Shown here: piece by piece, positions 13,000 to 28,100 of the stretch
Numbering within the stretch: the stretch's first letter is position 1
How the letters are laid out: the number at the start of each line of letters is the position of its first letter
Source: Owenia fusiformis
Lineage: Eukaryota
Assembly (NCBI GenBank): GCA_903813345.2
Contig: CAIIXF020000001.1
Location: 19,902,001 to 19,966,000, forward strand
Direction of reading: 5' to 3'
DNA: 64,000 nucleotides
Notes under the pieces: generated by a model
Seen by the model: the letters and a program-made list of their open reading frames with translations, nothing else
What the model was told of the DNA's origin: nothing
Database searches by the model: none
Position numbers and translations under genes: made by a program

Positions 13000-14894
13000 T
13001 GTATCTGTAGATAAAAGTGAGCTATTTGCAGACAATTCGATCTGTGGAAGTCCCTGTTGAAATAAATCGACCGAACAAGTCTATGTGTAGCTACCTATGT
13101 GTATGTACTTTTCAAAGGATAGTCAACAAAAGTAAATGCAGAAGTGTCTCACTTGAAAACTATATAAATGATCTGAGATTCAAGAAAACAGTACATAATA
13201 TTGGTGGATATTGCATATTACTGAGAGCAACTACTTGATCGTATTTATTAATGTTGTATCACTTGTACAGGAAAATCACAACATGACACATGATGAATCC
13301 TTCTTGAGAAAGACTTGAAAAATGCACAGAAAAGTTTGTACAAAGATACTGTACAAGTTGAAGTGAATGGAAGAGTTAAGACTTGTTGAACGGCAGCTAG
13401 ATGTTGTAGAGATATGTATGAGGAAATTAACTCTTAGGAGGTTGTGATTGAGAAATGCTTTACACACGAGAGCCTCTTTAAATTCCTAACTCAATTTATA
13501 AGAGGAGCATGGAATATGTTTAAAGATGGAGACCCACCTTATGATATATTCTCCAATTAGTCAGTAGGAGATGAGAGGGGTCTTCATCTTTAAGCCCTTA
13601 TTGAAATAACATCAGGAATATGTACATATAGAAGCTATATTAATATATTTTCTTTGGGGAGATTTCAATTGTCTGAAGGAGATTATTATGGAAATTTACA
13701 GCTTTTCAGTGTTTAAATTTTGTCAATGTTTTATGTATGTCACATAAAGTTGTATATATGAGACTTTAGTTCCACAGCCTGTCTATTGTATTTGATTTAT
13801 TTATCTGTGGAAGAGTGAATATATACCTATGTTCCCTCATCTTAGCCTAGAAGACCTTGATTTTCAGTTAACCAACTTAACCAAGTAGACCTTCCCATTA
13901 GTACAATTAGAACATTGGTAGAGTGTAGTTCAGTATAGTATAGAATTTGTGGAACTTTAGCTGTACATATTTTTTATATAATACTGTAATTCAATCCAAT
14001 TCTTGATAAGGTGTCATAATATAAGATATAGTATGGGGGAAATGTGCAATTTGATCACTTCAGATCAGTGTTTGTCCTAAGGATCTGAGAGCTGACATTA
14101 CAGCATCACTGACCAGTTACATTGTTATACCTAGTGAAAAAATCAACTGGTCCGTATCAAAAGCAACCTGGCAATGACCAGTAGACTGGTTTTTAGGGCA
14201 TTCACTACTTCAGATGGCTTTATACTATAAATATGACTAAATGGGTATGTTTGGTATAATATTTTGCAATGATCTCTCCAGGATTAAAACGAGTGGGCGC
14301 AGCACCCACCTGAAATTTTAAAAAACCTTTGCACCCACCTGAAAATCCATTTGCATCCACTTGAAAATTAGAAAAATCATGAAAATGAGAATTTTGCACT
14401 AAAAATCCTGTAGAGAACAGTTTTGAAAGAAAATTGGGAGATACAATCATGACAAAATACTTGTTTATTGGATATTAAGATTAAATAGTCATCAATTGAT
14501 TATCTCCCTTTCACACTTATTACAAAATATATCATATAATGTAGATAAGACAAAGGATGGATGATGCTTAATTCGGTGGTAAACGAAAATTGAACTTAAA
14601 AAATTAAGCTTTTAGTTTAACAGATTACGCCAAAATAGTAATATATTTTTGATTATTTTTTTAATGTATAGGCCTATAGCTTTATTTACTTCCAAATATA
14701 CAGTCTCAACTGAATAATCAACACTGAATTATTGTTTTTTCTTTAATGTTTGGATTAGAAATTGAAAGTCAAAAACAGATACATCATGTAAGTAGTTTGT
14801 ATAATTGTGTTAGATTTGTTCAAAATACGTTTCATATTGTGATATTGTATAATTCCTATTGTGTTAAATCCACCTTGGATTTTTGTACTATCCA

Positions 14895-15632
14895 GAAAAT
14901 GGGGGATGAGTGATTAAAGAATGGGGGATGGGTGGCCAGAGAAGAAAATTAGGGATGGGTGACCAGAGAATGGGGGATGAGTGACCAGAGAATGGGGGTG
15001 GGTGACAGGAGAATTTTGGATAAGTGACCAGAGGATGTGTGACCACTGACCAGCATTTGGGGGATGTGTGAGCAGGGAATGGGGGATGAGTGATCAGACT
15101 GGTTGAATAGTGGCTACTGACCAGCATTTGGGGGATGTGTGAGCAGGGAATTGGGGATGATCATGAGTGACCAGAGAATGGGGGATGAGTGACCAGACTG
15201 GTTGATTGGTGGCTACTGACCAGCATTTGGGGGATGTGTGAGCAGGGAATTGGGGATGATCATGAGTGACCAGAGAATGGGGGATGAGTGACCAGACTGG
15301 TTGATTGGTGGCTACTGACCAGCATTTGGGGGATGTGTGAGCAGGGAATTAGGGATGATCATGAGTGACCAGAGAATGGGGGATGAGTGACCAGACTGGT
15401 TGATTGGTGGCTACTGACCAGCATTTGGGGGATGTGTGAGCAGGGAATGGGGGATGATCATGAGTGACCAGAGAATGGGGAATGAGTGATCAGACTGGTT
15501 GAATAGTGGCTACTGACCAGCATTTGGGGGATGTGTGAGCAGGGAATGGGGGATGATCATGAGTGACCAGAGAATGGGGGATGAGTGACCAGACTGGTTG
15601 ATTGGTGGCTACTGACCAGCATTTGGGGGATG
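14895..15632. repeat. G-rich minisatellite, 99-bp unit, ~5.5 regular units plus degenerate start
   Basis: Unit GGGGGATGAGTGACCAGACTGGTTGATTGGTGGCTACTGACCAGCATTTGGGGGATGTGTGAGCAGGGAATTGGGGATGATCATGAGTGACCAGAGAAT; period 99 (15181 to 15280). Confidence 0.95.
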
Positions 15633-16592
15633 AAAGACTGAACATTTTAATATTTAAAATGTAGTATTTGTTCAGTATAGCATTTTATGTAATATACTTC
15701 TTTGTATTAGAGATCTGAACTCCTTGACCATGTTGGCACATTATATTTATGACTTGGAATAAACTAAATATAAAAATCAGATTTTATTTGTAATGTTTTT
15801 GTTTGTTTTATTTCATAAAACTAAGAATCAGCTGATTTGACTAGGCAACAAATGTCTACATGTACTTTCAACTTATTTGTAAATGATGGTTACTTTACCC
15901 AAAAAATTCCAATATGTTTGCAAATATCCAACCTGTATGAATGAAATACATCAGTTGTCCAATGTCTGTTATAAGTTCAATTATTCTTCTGGAAAGTGTC
16001 AATCTGTACATGTACATGCTACATAAAGGCAGTATTTGGGTCTCTCAAAAGTCAAAATTGATTTTTTAGAATGGAACACTTCAAACCCCATCCTTGGTCC
16101 AAGGGTTTTTCAATTCTTTCCCTAAGCTTAAAGTGATATTTCTACTGGCATCAAGACCTGTAACTAGCAGAGAAATAAAGAGAGTTGGCTGAATCATGAT
16201 CAACACCGCTGATTCTAATGACATGTGATGTGAACATAAATAATTACAATTGATTCACTGGTCTATAATCGCAGATCTATGACTACATTTAGTTTTACAT
16301 TTTAGACCAAAAAATAAAATTACATGTATTTGTTTGTCTGGTTTGTTAAATTGGAATCATAAAAAGACAACAATTAAATGATCTAGGGCAAATATATTAC
16401 ACTAGTTTTATTCTGTCCTGAAATCTTTGTGATTTCGTTCTTTTAACAATGACCACAATAAACCATCAGATCAGATATAATTACAAAAAAATTCTTCCAC
16501 ATATTCCACATACTGATACATAAAGATGACTGAACATTTGTGACCTGCACTGTTCAATTTGTTAGTCATTTTTCTTTAACAATATTTCAAGT

Positions 16593-18254
16593 AACAAGAC
16601 ACACAGTGATAAATATCGCACTTTGAAGAGCAAACTGGCCACCATGCAATTTACCCAGCATGGCCAAAACCTAATCAGACCTTGGCACTAGTCTGCTCTT
16701 GCATCTGTAAACATTTTAAGTTGACAAGGTTAGCGGTTTTCCTGCAATTTTTATGACAAGAATTTATTTGTAGTCTTGAACTTTGGGAAAATTTAGATAA
16801 CATTGTTTGTGACCTAATTTGATAACCTTCGACCTTGAAAAATTCACTTTTTCAGACCTCAGTAGGTGTTTTGTAATTAAGCTGACCTAAATTTAAATCC
16901 AAAATATCTATTTAGAAAATCAACTTTTTTGACGTTTTCAAGGTCACTGAAGGTGAATGAAAGGTGAAATCTGAAATCTAAGGTCAGATTTGAACTTCTG
17001 AGAACTTGTAGATGTTTTTTTAAAAATTGGTCAATTTAGAGCAAGTTGAAAAATTCAAAATGGCCGCCAAATTGAAAAATTCAAAATGGCCACCATGTAA
17101 TTCAGCCAGTATACCCAAAACCTAATCAGATTTTGGCAATAGTCTGCTCTTGCATCTGTAAAAATTTCAAGTTGAACGGAAAAGTGGTTTTCCTGGAATT
17201 TTGATGACAAGATTTGTTGAAAAATTCAAAATGGCCACCACATAGTTTACCCAGCATGCCCTAAACCTAATCAGATCTTGGCACTAGTCTGCTATTGCAT
17301 GTGTAAAAATTTCAAGTTGAACAGGTAAGCGTTTTCTTGGAATTTTGATGACAAGAATTGATTTGTGGTCTCAAACTTTGAGAAACTTGGATAACATCAT
17401 TTGTGACCTAGTTTAATGACCTTGACCTTCGACCTTGAAAATTTCACTTTTCAGACCTCAGTAGGTCTTTTGTAATTAAGCTGACTTAAATCTAAATCCA
17501 AAATATCAATTTAGAAAATCAACTTTTTGACCTTTTCAAGGTCACTGAAGGTGAATGAAAGGTCAAATCTGTGACCTAGTTTAATGACCTTGACCTTCGA
17601 CCTTGAAAATTTCACTTTTTCAGACCTCAGTAGGTGTTTTGTAATTAAGCTGACCTAAATTTAAATCCAAAATATCAATTTAGAAAATCAACTTTTTTGA
17701 CCTTTTCAAGGTCACTGAAGGTGAATGAAAGGTCAAATCTGAAATCTAAGGTCAGATTGAACTTCTGAGAACTTGTAGATGTTTTTAAAAAAAAAAATTG
17801 GTCAATTTGGAGCAAGTTGAAAAATTCAAAATGGCCGCCAAATTGAAAAATTCAAAATGGCCACCATGTAATTCAGCCAGCATACCCAAAACCTAATCAG
17901 ATCTTGGCAATAGTCTGCTCTTGCATCTGTAAAAATTTCAAGTTGAACGGATAAGTGGTTTTCCTGGAATTTTGATGACAAGATTTGTTGAAAAATTCAA
18001 AATGGCCGCCACTTAGTTTACCCAGCATGCCCTTAACCGAATCGGATCTTGGTACTAGTCTGCTCTTGCATCTGTAAAAATTTCAAGTTGAACAGGTGAG
18101 CAGTTATCCTGGAAATTTGATGACAAGATTTGGTTTATGTGCCGCCCGCCCGCCCACAAGCCCGCCCGCCCACCCACCCGCCCACACGCCCGCCCGCCCG
18201 CCCAACAGCACAAGACGACGACAATATAGCACTTTTTCAAAGTGCGATAAAAAA
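16593..18254 (-). mobile_element. HINE family B, copy 2 (inverted relative to copy 1)
   Basis: Reverse complement of 10125-11739 over its full length, with a longer (GCCC)n tract. Confidence 0.85.
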
Positions 18255-19162
18255 GTTGTTCGATAGTCTAAATTCAACAAAGCATGGACTTTTATATATC
18301 AAGTTAATCGGGACTTCATTTCTGAAATCACCACAGTCATCACTAAATGATATAACCCCTCATGTCTACCTAGCTACCCCAATATATTTCAAAAGCTGGC
18401 TATGTACAGATCCTTTGTCGTTGCCTTTGGTTTAGAATATATAACACTTTCAATAAAAGTTTTCATTTCTAATGATAACATTGCACTACTTAATACTAAT
18501 ATGTAAAGGCTAAGAATCCACGTATACTGCACTTAATATTTACACTGAAAATACTCTATTATGCTGTGAGCTTAATTTAGCTTCAACTTCTCTTCAGCTT
18601 CAATCTTAAGGGCAGGGTCAAAATATCGATGTTCATATGGAGAAAAAACACCACCCCCTCTAGATGAAAGTCTAGGTCACTTAAAAAACATAGACTTCAG
18701 AATTTACACACGTTTGCAATTTGACTGCAATCAGCTCTTCAAAAAGGAGGATGGAAAATCTATTGAAAAAAGAATGGATTATTGTCTTATTTACCGATAT
18801 TGGGGACCTATTGAAACAAAAAAGGCTCTGGAACTATTGAAAACAAGCCTTTTTATCAGAACATTGTGCCAGGAAAGGCATGAAAGTACAATTATTTTTA
18901 GTATTTCAAATCTGAAAAATCAATGTTTTTTGGTCAACGAAAGTGCCCAAAAACCCCTCACCTCTCGCGAGAGTACTTTCGTCTCTATATGAACATCAAT
19001 ATTTTGACTACCCTTATATGAGATCGTAATCCTTTCAATTTCACTAGGATTTGTGATAATATTAGAGTACTCAATAATATTGCTAATTGCAAGAAATGGC
19101 AGAAAGCTATAGTATTCTGTACAAAACTGCATTGCAATGATGCTAGCTTTATGCTGTATTGC

Positions 19163-22100
19163 CTATACTATGGGTTCAATGGGCACCACCCCAACTCCTA
19201 CTCCACCCTCATGTGCACACATAGGAGCCACAAATGTCCATGTCTTAGTCTCTGTATCATACATTTCTACAGTGTTCAAGTTCGTCACTCCATCATAACC
19301 ACCAATCGCATATAATTTCCCACAATTCCCAGCCAGAGCAACCCTGCTCCGTTTCGTGTTCATAGATGCAACGTAAGTCCACTGATTTGTGATTGGATCA
19401 TAACACTCGCATGATTTCAGGAAAACAGATCCATCGTAACCACCACATACATAAAGTTTGCCATTTAGAGCTGCCACACCAAGGCGACACCTTTTAGAGA
19501 GCATAGAGGCTACTGGTGTCCAGGTTCCAGTTAGATTGTTAAAACACTCCACCTGAAAGTAGAACATAGGGAATGTTAGATATATATTCTTTTGAATACT
19601 CTACTAACACTCATAGAGCATTGAGAATTAAAATCACTTACCAATAATTTTGCAGTATTGAGGAAATTACGTGGTTTTTCAAATAAATTCTGACATTCAG
19701 ATATCTAATGTACAACTCAAGTAACCTTAATGATTATTCCTGTATAAAATTGTTTCCTAAATCTAGCCTGCTTTGAAATAATGTTATTAAAATGCTTCAA
19801 CTGATGACATGTTCTTAGATTCTGTAACTATTTCATTTCTTACTGAATCAAATATAGATAGGCCATCATGACCCCCAAGAGCATATATTTGCCCATCAAA
19901 CACTGTGACTCCAGCGGCACTGCGATGCTTTGTCATGTTTGACACCATAGACCACCTGAAATAGATAGAAATAGATCGGATTTGATCAATACATGTAGAT
20001 GTACTGTTAAATAAAGATTTTTATAGAAAAATCATTATTTATCATTTGAAGCTGACAAGAGGCTGACGTCAACAAGTACATGTATTAGTAAATAAGCTTA
20101 CTTCCTGTACATTTTTGAGATACCCAGACATTTGATACATACATAAATTTCAGCCAGTCATCTTTTCACACTATCTATATAGAGTACTTACACAGGCCTC
20201 CTAAACTTCCACCAACGCGAACATCAGTTCTGACCTCGTGAACTTCGTCCTCACTCGGACCATGGTATTTAGTCACGCACCACCATTTCCTCGTCCCCGT
20301 ATCTCGTGGATGGTGGTGCGATTAAAGATTTCACGTTCGCTATGTGAGAATCGTGGTTCAAGTGCAAGAAACATAGTTCTCGAGGCCAGAACTGATGTTC
20401 GCGTTGGTGGAAGTGTAGGAGGCCTGTTACAGAAGTGTAAATAAAGAACTTTTTTTTATCCTAACCTTGCTTTATTAATACAAGAAAAAAGTGTTCAAAT
20501 AGATAAACCAACTGAATCAAAAAACAAAATCCAATAGCTTTTCAAGTTTTCAACCTGGTGCAATACCCAGTTGTCTGTTCCTTGGGAGATTCTGTTTTAT
20601 ATATCATCTATTTTCACTCACTTTCCAAAGGTTGGATAACACTCTACTGAGCTCAATGATGAGACACCATCGTATCCTCCACATACATAGATCTTGCCAT
20701 CTAGTGATGCAGCACCAAGCGCACTGGAAAGAAAAATGGAGATGTTGGTCACAATAAACATGTCAAGATTTTTATATAAAGAATTAAAGTTGGTTGGTGC
20801 TTTAATAACTGACCTTAAAATATTCCAAAGAAGCTATACACTATACTTCATTTTAGCTCTGAAAATCAGAGGGAATAAAAGGTCTAACATACCTTCTTTT
20901 ACAGTTCATTGGGGCTGTAACTGTCCATTGTCGAGTCTCTGGGTCAAATACCTCAACTGTGCTAAGCCTCTCCTGGCCATCATAGCCTCCTATGGCATAT
21001 ATGAGCCCCTTCTGCACTGTCACACCTACCCTACTTCGCAGTGTTCTCATTGGTTCAGCCATTTGCCATCGGTCTACTATCGGGTCGTAACACTCTACTG
21101 TGCTTAATGAATCACCTGGAGTAAAATTAGCATACAGGCAATCAATGATCATGGTTTCATTTATTTCAAGGTCACCTGTACTATAACTGTAGCAGTTAAT
21201 TTGATTTTACAGTTGATTTGTTTTAAATTTTTGCAATGATCAAAGGCAAACATGAAATACAGTACAATCATACTTTTCTGATTTTTATCTTATTTTGTCC
21301 ATTTTAGCAGAGTGCAAAACTTTCACCTTTGCAGTGTTTACCTAGACTGCTATTTACCAGTGTTATGTAATGATATATGATATAGTTTTCATTGCAATAC
21401 CTGAAGAAGTCAGTCCCCCCACAGCATAGATGAGGCCTACGATATCTGTACAGCATCTGGGCCTCGTTTTAAATGGAAGTAACTGAGCACGTCTCTCAGG
21501 CATCAGATGATAGTCTCTCGCCTCATCTAATAAATCCCTAGAATAATTCATGCAATATTTTGGTGATCAATGAGTATTACTCGTATGCATACAATCAAAG
21601 ACATAAACAGTTGCATTTGTTAATTAATCAAAATAATTCAATTTCCATCCCAAGATTTTTTCTCAACTGCATGGGTTCATTTTTACCTTTATTCTAACAT
21701 TGACTAACCACTTCATAATTCAATATTGACTTTCTTCATATGAGATTGAACACCTCTTATATGTGACCATCATATCATATCATAACATATCACATCACAT
21801 CATATCATATCATGGACAACCTACCTGCATTTTAGGGATGTTTTAATGAGATCCTCTGTTGCAACGTTATCTGATATGTAATGTGGCGTCATTAAAGGCA
21901 GCCTCACTTTCATCATCAAATCATGCATCGACTCTTTTCTTGTCCCTTCGTCTTTCTTTACCCATTGTAGCACCGCTTCAAACACCTAGCAACATTACTC
22001 ATACATGTTACTGCCAAAGTAATAATGGATAATTATTAAATAGCATGTAAAATGTTTATGGATTTTCTAAATGAGCAGAAAAATTGATGCATTTGGATTT

Positions 22101-25100
22101 TCAAAATACACTGGGTCAGCATATAATAAGAGCACCAATATCCTATATAATTTCCATTTTAAATATACCATACAGGATAATTATCTTCTAATTTTCACAA
22201 GATACTCCTCATGCCAGCATGCAAGTATTGTTATTCAATTAATGAATCACATGATATCAATCAAAATTCAAAGCAAATTCTCAAAATTATATCGAAAATC
22301 AACTCAATCTGACAATCACACATATTATTAAGCCTCAACATCTTATCCTTCTTCTGAGAACCCAAAAATAACAATTTGTATCACCATTAATGAAGAATAT
22401 TGGCATCAAAGACAATGCATATCAATATGCAAAACTGGCAGGAAATTCTTGAAAAGATTTTAAAAACCTAAACTATATTTTAAAAATATGGTCTTCTTTT
22501 CAATTCTTCATGGATCTTTAAGTTATTCCTACTTTGTATTTCATACATCTTTCCAATGGTGTTTTTCTGTGTTAATGACTATTTGTTTTTTTTAGGATAC
22601 TTATTTGAACTCTCAGTAGGGGGTTCATCATGCATCAAAGCTCATGAAAAAGTGCAAAAATATATCAAATATAACTAGGACAGTAATAAAAACCATATTT
22701 CACATACATTTAGTGAGGGACCAAAAGGGCATATATCCAGACATCCCTTGGGAGTCGAAATTTTACTCTCAAGAAGAAGAAACCCTATATTCTACATATA
22801 CTTCTAACTATTTGATACATTTCCAAAACAAATATAACACCGCTGGTACCTGTTCTTCTGTGTTAACATATAGCTCATCCCTGGCTATGATATCTATGAC
22901 ATCAGATTTGACAAGATTTAGAAACTCTTCAGACTTCGAAACCTCCACAAAATGTATCTGTATGTATTTGTTGGCAGCATCTACTAGACTGGCACACATG
23001 AACTGGTCAGCAAAGTTTCTGATACCAATGCAGTTATTAGGATGTAGCCTGGAATATGAGAAATATTTGATTTATTTGGATTATGCACGCCATTGAGAAA
23101 AACTGTATTCATATCTTATCTACCCTGTATTATGATTTACTAAAGCAAGAATATCAGAATGTGGTATTCAGCTGTCTATGTAACAGATTCCTTTCATCTT
23201 TTTTGGAAGAATCAATGATAAACCCCTTATAGGTAGCGATCTGAGGCACTTCGATCAGGGTGTTGTCGGGACAATTTCTCTTGTGACTTAGGTTATGTAT
23301 TAAGGTCTATCTCAACAGATTTTACTGGTCTTATGCGCCGCAAATGGTGCGAAAGATGTTAAAATTGCATTTTCGACCCTAAAATTCAGATTTCTTGGGG
23401 GTACATTATTATTTAGCTATAAAACAAAAACTAAACAACCAATGCTTCTTTCTTTTGGTGTTTCTGTTAAGAGTAATCATACTTGAAATGCATATGTAAA
23501 AAAATTGAAGAATTTTAACTTTATTTAAAAACAGCAACATTTTTTCACCCTAAAATCATAGAATTTAGGGGGGTTGAGAGACATTGATTGGAATTGATTT
23601 TTTAATTTCTCAATCAATCTCAGTTTAATATTAATGGAACTTTCCTAAAAGTAGCACCAACATGTCCCCAACACATTACCATAAAGAAAAAACTCAAACT
23701 CTAACATGTTTTTTGCCTATATGGGTCAATTTACCTCTCCCCTCTATCCCTTTTTAGAAGGGCGTGGACATATTGGCATGTTCATCTAAAAATAAATACT
23801 TCATGTTCATATCCATCCTCTGATCACAGGGCTTCAAAATCCAGAACATATTCTTTCTTTTTACCCCCAGCAATAAGCAGTTACCATTTCCCAGATTAAG
23901 AACTCGCAATCTGATTGGCTGTCGCAACACTGCGACAGAAATCATGTATAAGTCATTGTGCATAATTAGATCATGTGATTCAGTTAAATCAGGCACGTCC
24001 AAATTGGTTATCGCAGGGGGGAAGAAGGAGGTACGGATTCTGGACACCTGCTTAGGAGGATGGTTCACATCATGTTATCATTTTTATGTCACCAACAAAA
24101 AGTGGTGACATATTGTTATGGTCTCTGTTCTTTTTTGACAGTGGTCAGTGGTCGGCGGTTTGTGGTTGGAGCTTGGCAATTGGTGTCTGTAACAAATTCT
24201 TACAATTTCAAATAATTAACAAATACTGTACAGACTGACTTCAATTGTTTTCAAAATCATCTACATGTTTTCAGATGTTCAAATCTGACTTTATATTTAA
24301 GATTTGACCTTCAATGACCTTTTCAAGGTCAGAAAAAGTCTTTTTTCAATTTGCTTCAAATTAACCAATTTTTCAAAATCATCTATAAGTTATCAGAAGT
24401 TCAAATCTGACTTAAGATTTGAGATTTGACCTTCAATGACCTTCTTAAGATTTAAGAATATAGATTTGATCATTAAATGACATTCTAAAGGTCAAAATGG
24501 ATCTGACCTTTAGTGACCTCCTCAAGGTCAAAAAGGTATTTTTTATCTTGTTTCAACTAGGTGGTGACATTTTGTCATGTTAATGCCTTGTTTTACTTGT
24601 AGCTAGTGAATGTCTTTGAAATGACATAAGCCTAATACAGTGGGACCTGGGTTAGTGAACACCTTTCTCTAGTGAACACCTGTGTTAAATGAACACCCTA
24701 TTTTCAGCACATACCTTGATTCCAATACAAATTGTCTTTCTGTATTGAAATCTTTTTTGTGGCTCTATAGATGTTCACTGTACACAGGTTTTACTTTATA
24801 CAAAACACCTTTATATTTAACTTTAATTAATACTGATTATCTAATTGCAATTATAAATTGCTATCTATTATTTGCAGGGAACATGTAGCAAAACAATAAG
24901 GGAGAATAGTAAGCTATTCAAGGCTTATTACTGTCTGATGTTCTATTATTAACTAATTTGATTGATTCAATTGATGGCTTTCTCAATCCATTCCAAATTG
25001 AGGACAATGATCATTTATACTGCATATCATCTGGAATGCCAACACCCTCTAATTTAGCAGATGATCTCTTAAATGCAGCATCCAAGGGCACATAAGCCTT

Positions 25101-28100
25101 TAAGCAATTTATTCAAGACCAATTTGTGCAGAAGGGAAAAAGTTTTCATGACTCCATAAAAGAATGAAACTGAAAACATCTGAATTCAATGCTGGAGTCA
25201 AAAAGGTGAAAAGCTCTGGAAACAGACTGATTGAGATTAGAGCTGAGCGCAATACATTTGGCCAGTTAGTCATGTTATCAGAGCAGCATAGTATCAGTCT
25301 AAAGCGAATATTGGAATACCCCCTGAGTCTAATACCCTGGGCTCTTGGAACACCTGATGGACTCTTGGTTAAAACAGAAAAGTCAAAATTATTACATGAG
25401 CTGGAAACATATAATATTACATGGACCCAAACCAGAAAAAACAATTATAGTTTATGATGGCAATGCATTGTTCCATATACTTCCTGAGCGACCCAAAACA
25501 TTTGGATTACTGGCAGAGAGGATCCTTCAGATGCTTCCTATAAGAAAGATTCAATTAAAGAACTAGAAAGAATACACAGGCGTGTCTCCAAAAAGCTAAT
25601 AATAAAAGGACCTAATACCAGAATTCCTAACAATTGGAAGGAATTCCTCTTAAATGATGAGAATGAAATGCAGCTGAGTCAGTTGATCCTTGAAGAATGG
25701 AAAAAGATAAAAATGCCCCTAAACTCAAAGAAAGACGGATTCATGTGGTGAGATCTGTACAGTGCACCAGTGATAGAACTACTGTTACACATAGAGTTGA
25801 ATCAAGCCTGGAATCTTCCCACAAAGAGGCAGATACAAAAATTATACCCCATGCAATTAACATGAAATGAACCTGAAAATACAGAAAAAAACTATAGTTG
25901 TGAGATCCCCAGATAGCGATGTTTTTGTACTTCTTGTGCACTTTCCAATCTTATTCAAACTCCATTAATTTTTGACACTGGTAGTGCAGACCACATATGA
26001 CTTATTAAAGGTGCAACAATTAGTGCAGGGGGGTAATTCAACGATCATCGACCAGTGTCAAAATATATTTAAGTTTGGATATTTCATCAAGAGTACCCTT
26101 TGCATTCGTTTGACTTCGCTTCTTAAAAGAGAGCTTTGTCTTCACTCTTTCAAACTAAAATAAACCTGTGAACTCACCGCGCCAATCAGTGTTCGTCGGC
26201 CAAATTTGACCGACGTTCTATATATGGTCATTCCTTCTGACGTCATCGTTGAGCCCGGAATTGACCAATGACATGCGCATATTTAATTAGAACGCATTTG
26301 ACGTATGTTTCTTCAAGCTGATTGGTGGAAGAAAGGGCAGCACGTAGGTCAAAAGTGATTTATTACCCAAACTGTCACCGGTACCCGTCGTGGGGCGGGG
26401 CTACTAAACTGTAATATGGTCTCTACTAGGCAGAGTGTAGTTTAACTAGACTCTGCACACAGGGTACATCAAGAGTAACATATATTTTTATTATCTACAA
26501 AGAAACCCCCTTGATGAACATTATTTCAGCTGATATTCCTCTTGAAACGTGGTGAATCTTAAAAATCTATAAGTGGGACTCCCTATATAGAAGCTTTGAA
26601 CTGAATTTACACTTCTAAATTGAGAGTTTATCCATACATTTTAAGAAAATAGATATGTCAAAGAAGATGTTAAGCCAAATATTGACCTGATAGCTCAGAA
26701 AAAAGAAAAAAAATTGAATTTTCTCTCTACAGTCCCTTGTTGCCCCTTTAATGGAAGTAGGAAATGCGCTCAGTTCAGACATTTGTAAATTTGTAATGCT
26801 TTACCAACCTTCCATTCATTTACTGGATGTGATTCCTTCAGTGCCTTTGTGAGAAGGGAGAAAGTGTCCCCCCCCCCCTAAAATTACTTATGAGAATTTC
26901 AAAAAGGTTTCGGCACCATTGGAGGGGTCATTAGTGATCAAACTGCTAAATGTGCTGAGAAGTTTACTTGCCAGATGTATGGAAACAAAAAGTGTTCAAA
27001 TATAAATGAGCTGAGATATACCTTATTCAAGAACAAATTTCAACCAAAATCTGCTCCAAGTGTGATAACAAGCTATGAAGGCACTAACAATAAGCCTCCT
27101 ACCCCCATGTAAAGATTCATTACAGCAGCATCTGGCAAGGGCCAGTTATCAAGCACACATATGGAAACTTGCCAACATCCCCTCCCCATCAATTCCCTCC
27201 CCTGTGTCACATGGATGGAGGATGAAAGATGGCCATTTGGATTTCAATGGGTGTCAAATCCAGATAAAATTCTACCCCAGGACCTGGTAGATGTTATCGT
27301 ATAAGATGATACTTTAGAAGATCAAAATGAAGAGGAAGTTTATGAAATACAAAGCTTTATGGATCAAATATATTCTGGTGAATAAAAACTACATTTGTGA
27401 TGACAGAAATTCATACAATGAGTAAAATTAATATTATGACTGAGTCGTGAACTGTGTATTAGATAATATTCAACTTCAGATTTTTAATATTCTTATATCT
27501 CAAGCCTACATAGAAAAAATATTGTATTATAAATAATTCACAGGTATGTACTATATGTATACACCTAAGTGAAAATATTTTATGGTAATATATTTGATAA
27601 AATACATGATATGTACATGTATTCATTTAATGTGACATCATGCTACTGTTTAAATCCACATGTATTAATGGCCACACCCCTTTTATAAGGGAAAGAGGGG
27701 AGAGGTAAATTGACCCATATAGGCAAAAAACATGTTAGAGTTTGAGTTTTTTCTTTATGGTAATGTGTTGGGGACATGTTGGTGCTACTTTTAGGAAAGT
27801 TCCATTAATATTAACCTGAGATTGATTGAGAAATTAAAAAATCAATTCCAATCAATGTCTCTCAACCCCCCTAAATTCTATGATTTTAGGGTGAAAAAAT
27901 GTTGCTGTTTTTAAATAAAGTTAAAATTCTTCAATTTTTTTACATATGCATTTCAAGTATGATTACTCTTAACAGAAACACCAAAAGAAAGAAGCATTGG
28001 TTGTTTAGTTTTTGTTTTATAGCTAAATAATAATGTACCCCCAAGAAATCTGAATTTTAGGGTCGAAAATGCAATTTTAACATCTTTCGCACCATTTGCG

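Noticed and set aside
14268-14450. TIR-like end CAATGATCTCTCCAGG with GCACCCAC repeats (related inverted fragment ~59110-59260; similar one-ended relic 56822-57040)
   Set aside because: Only one recognisable end each and no TSD, so boundaries cannot be supported.
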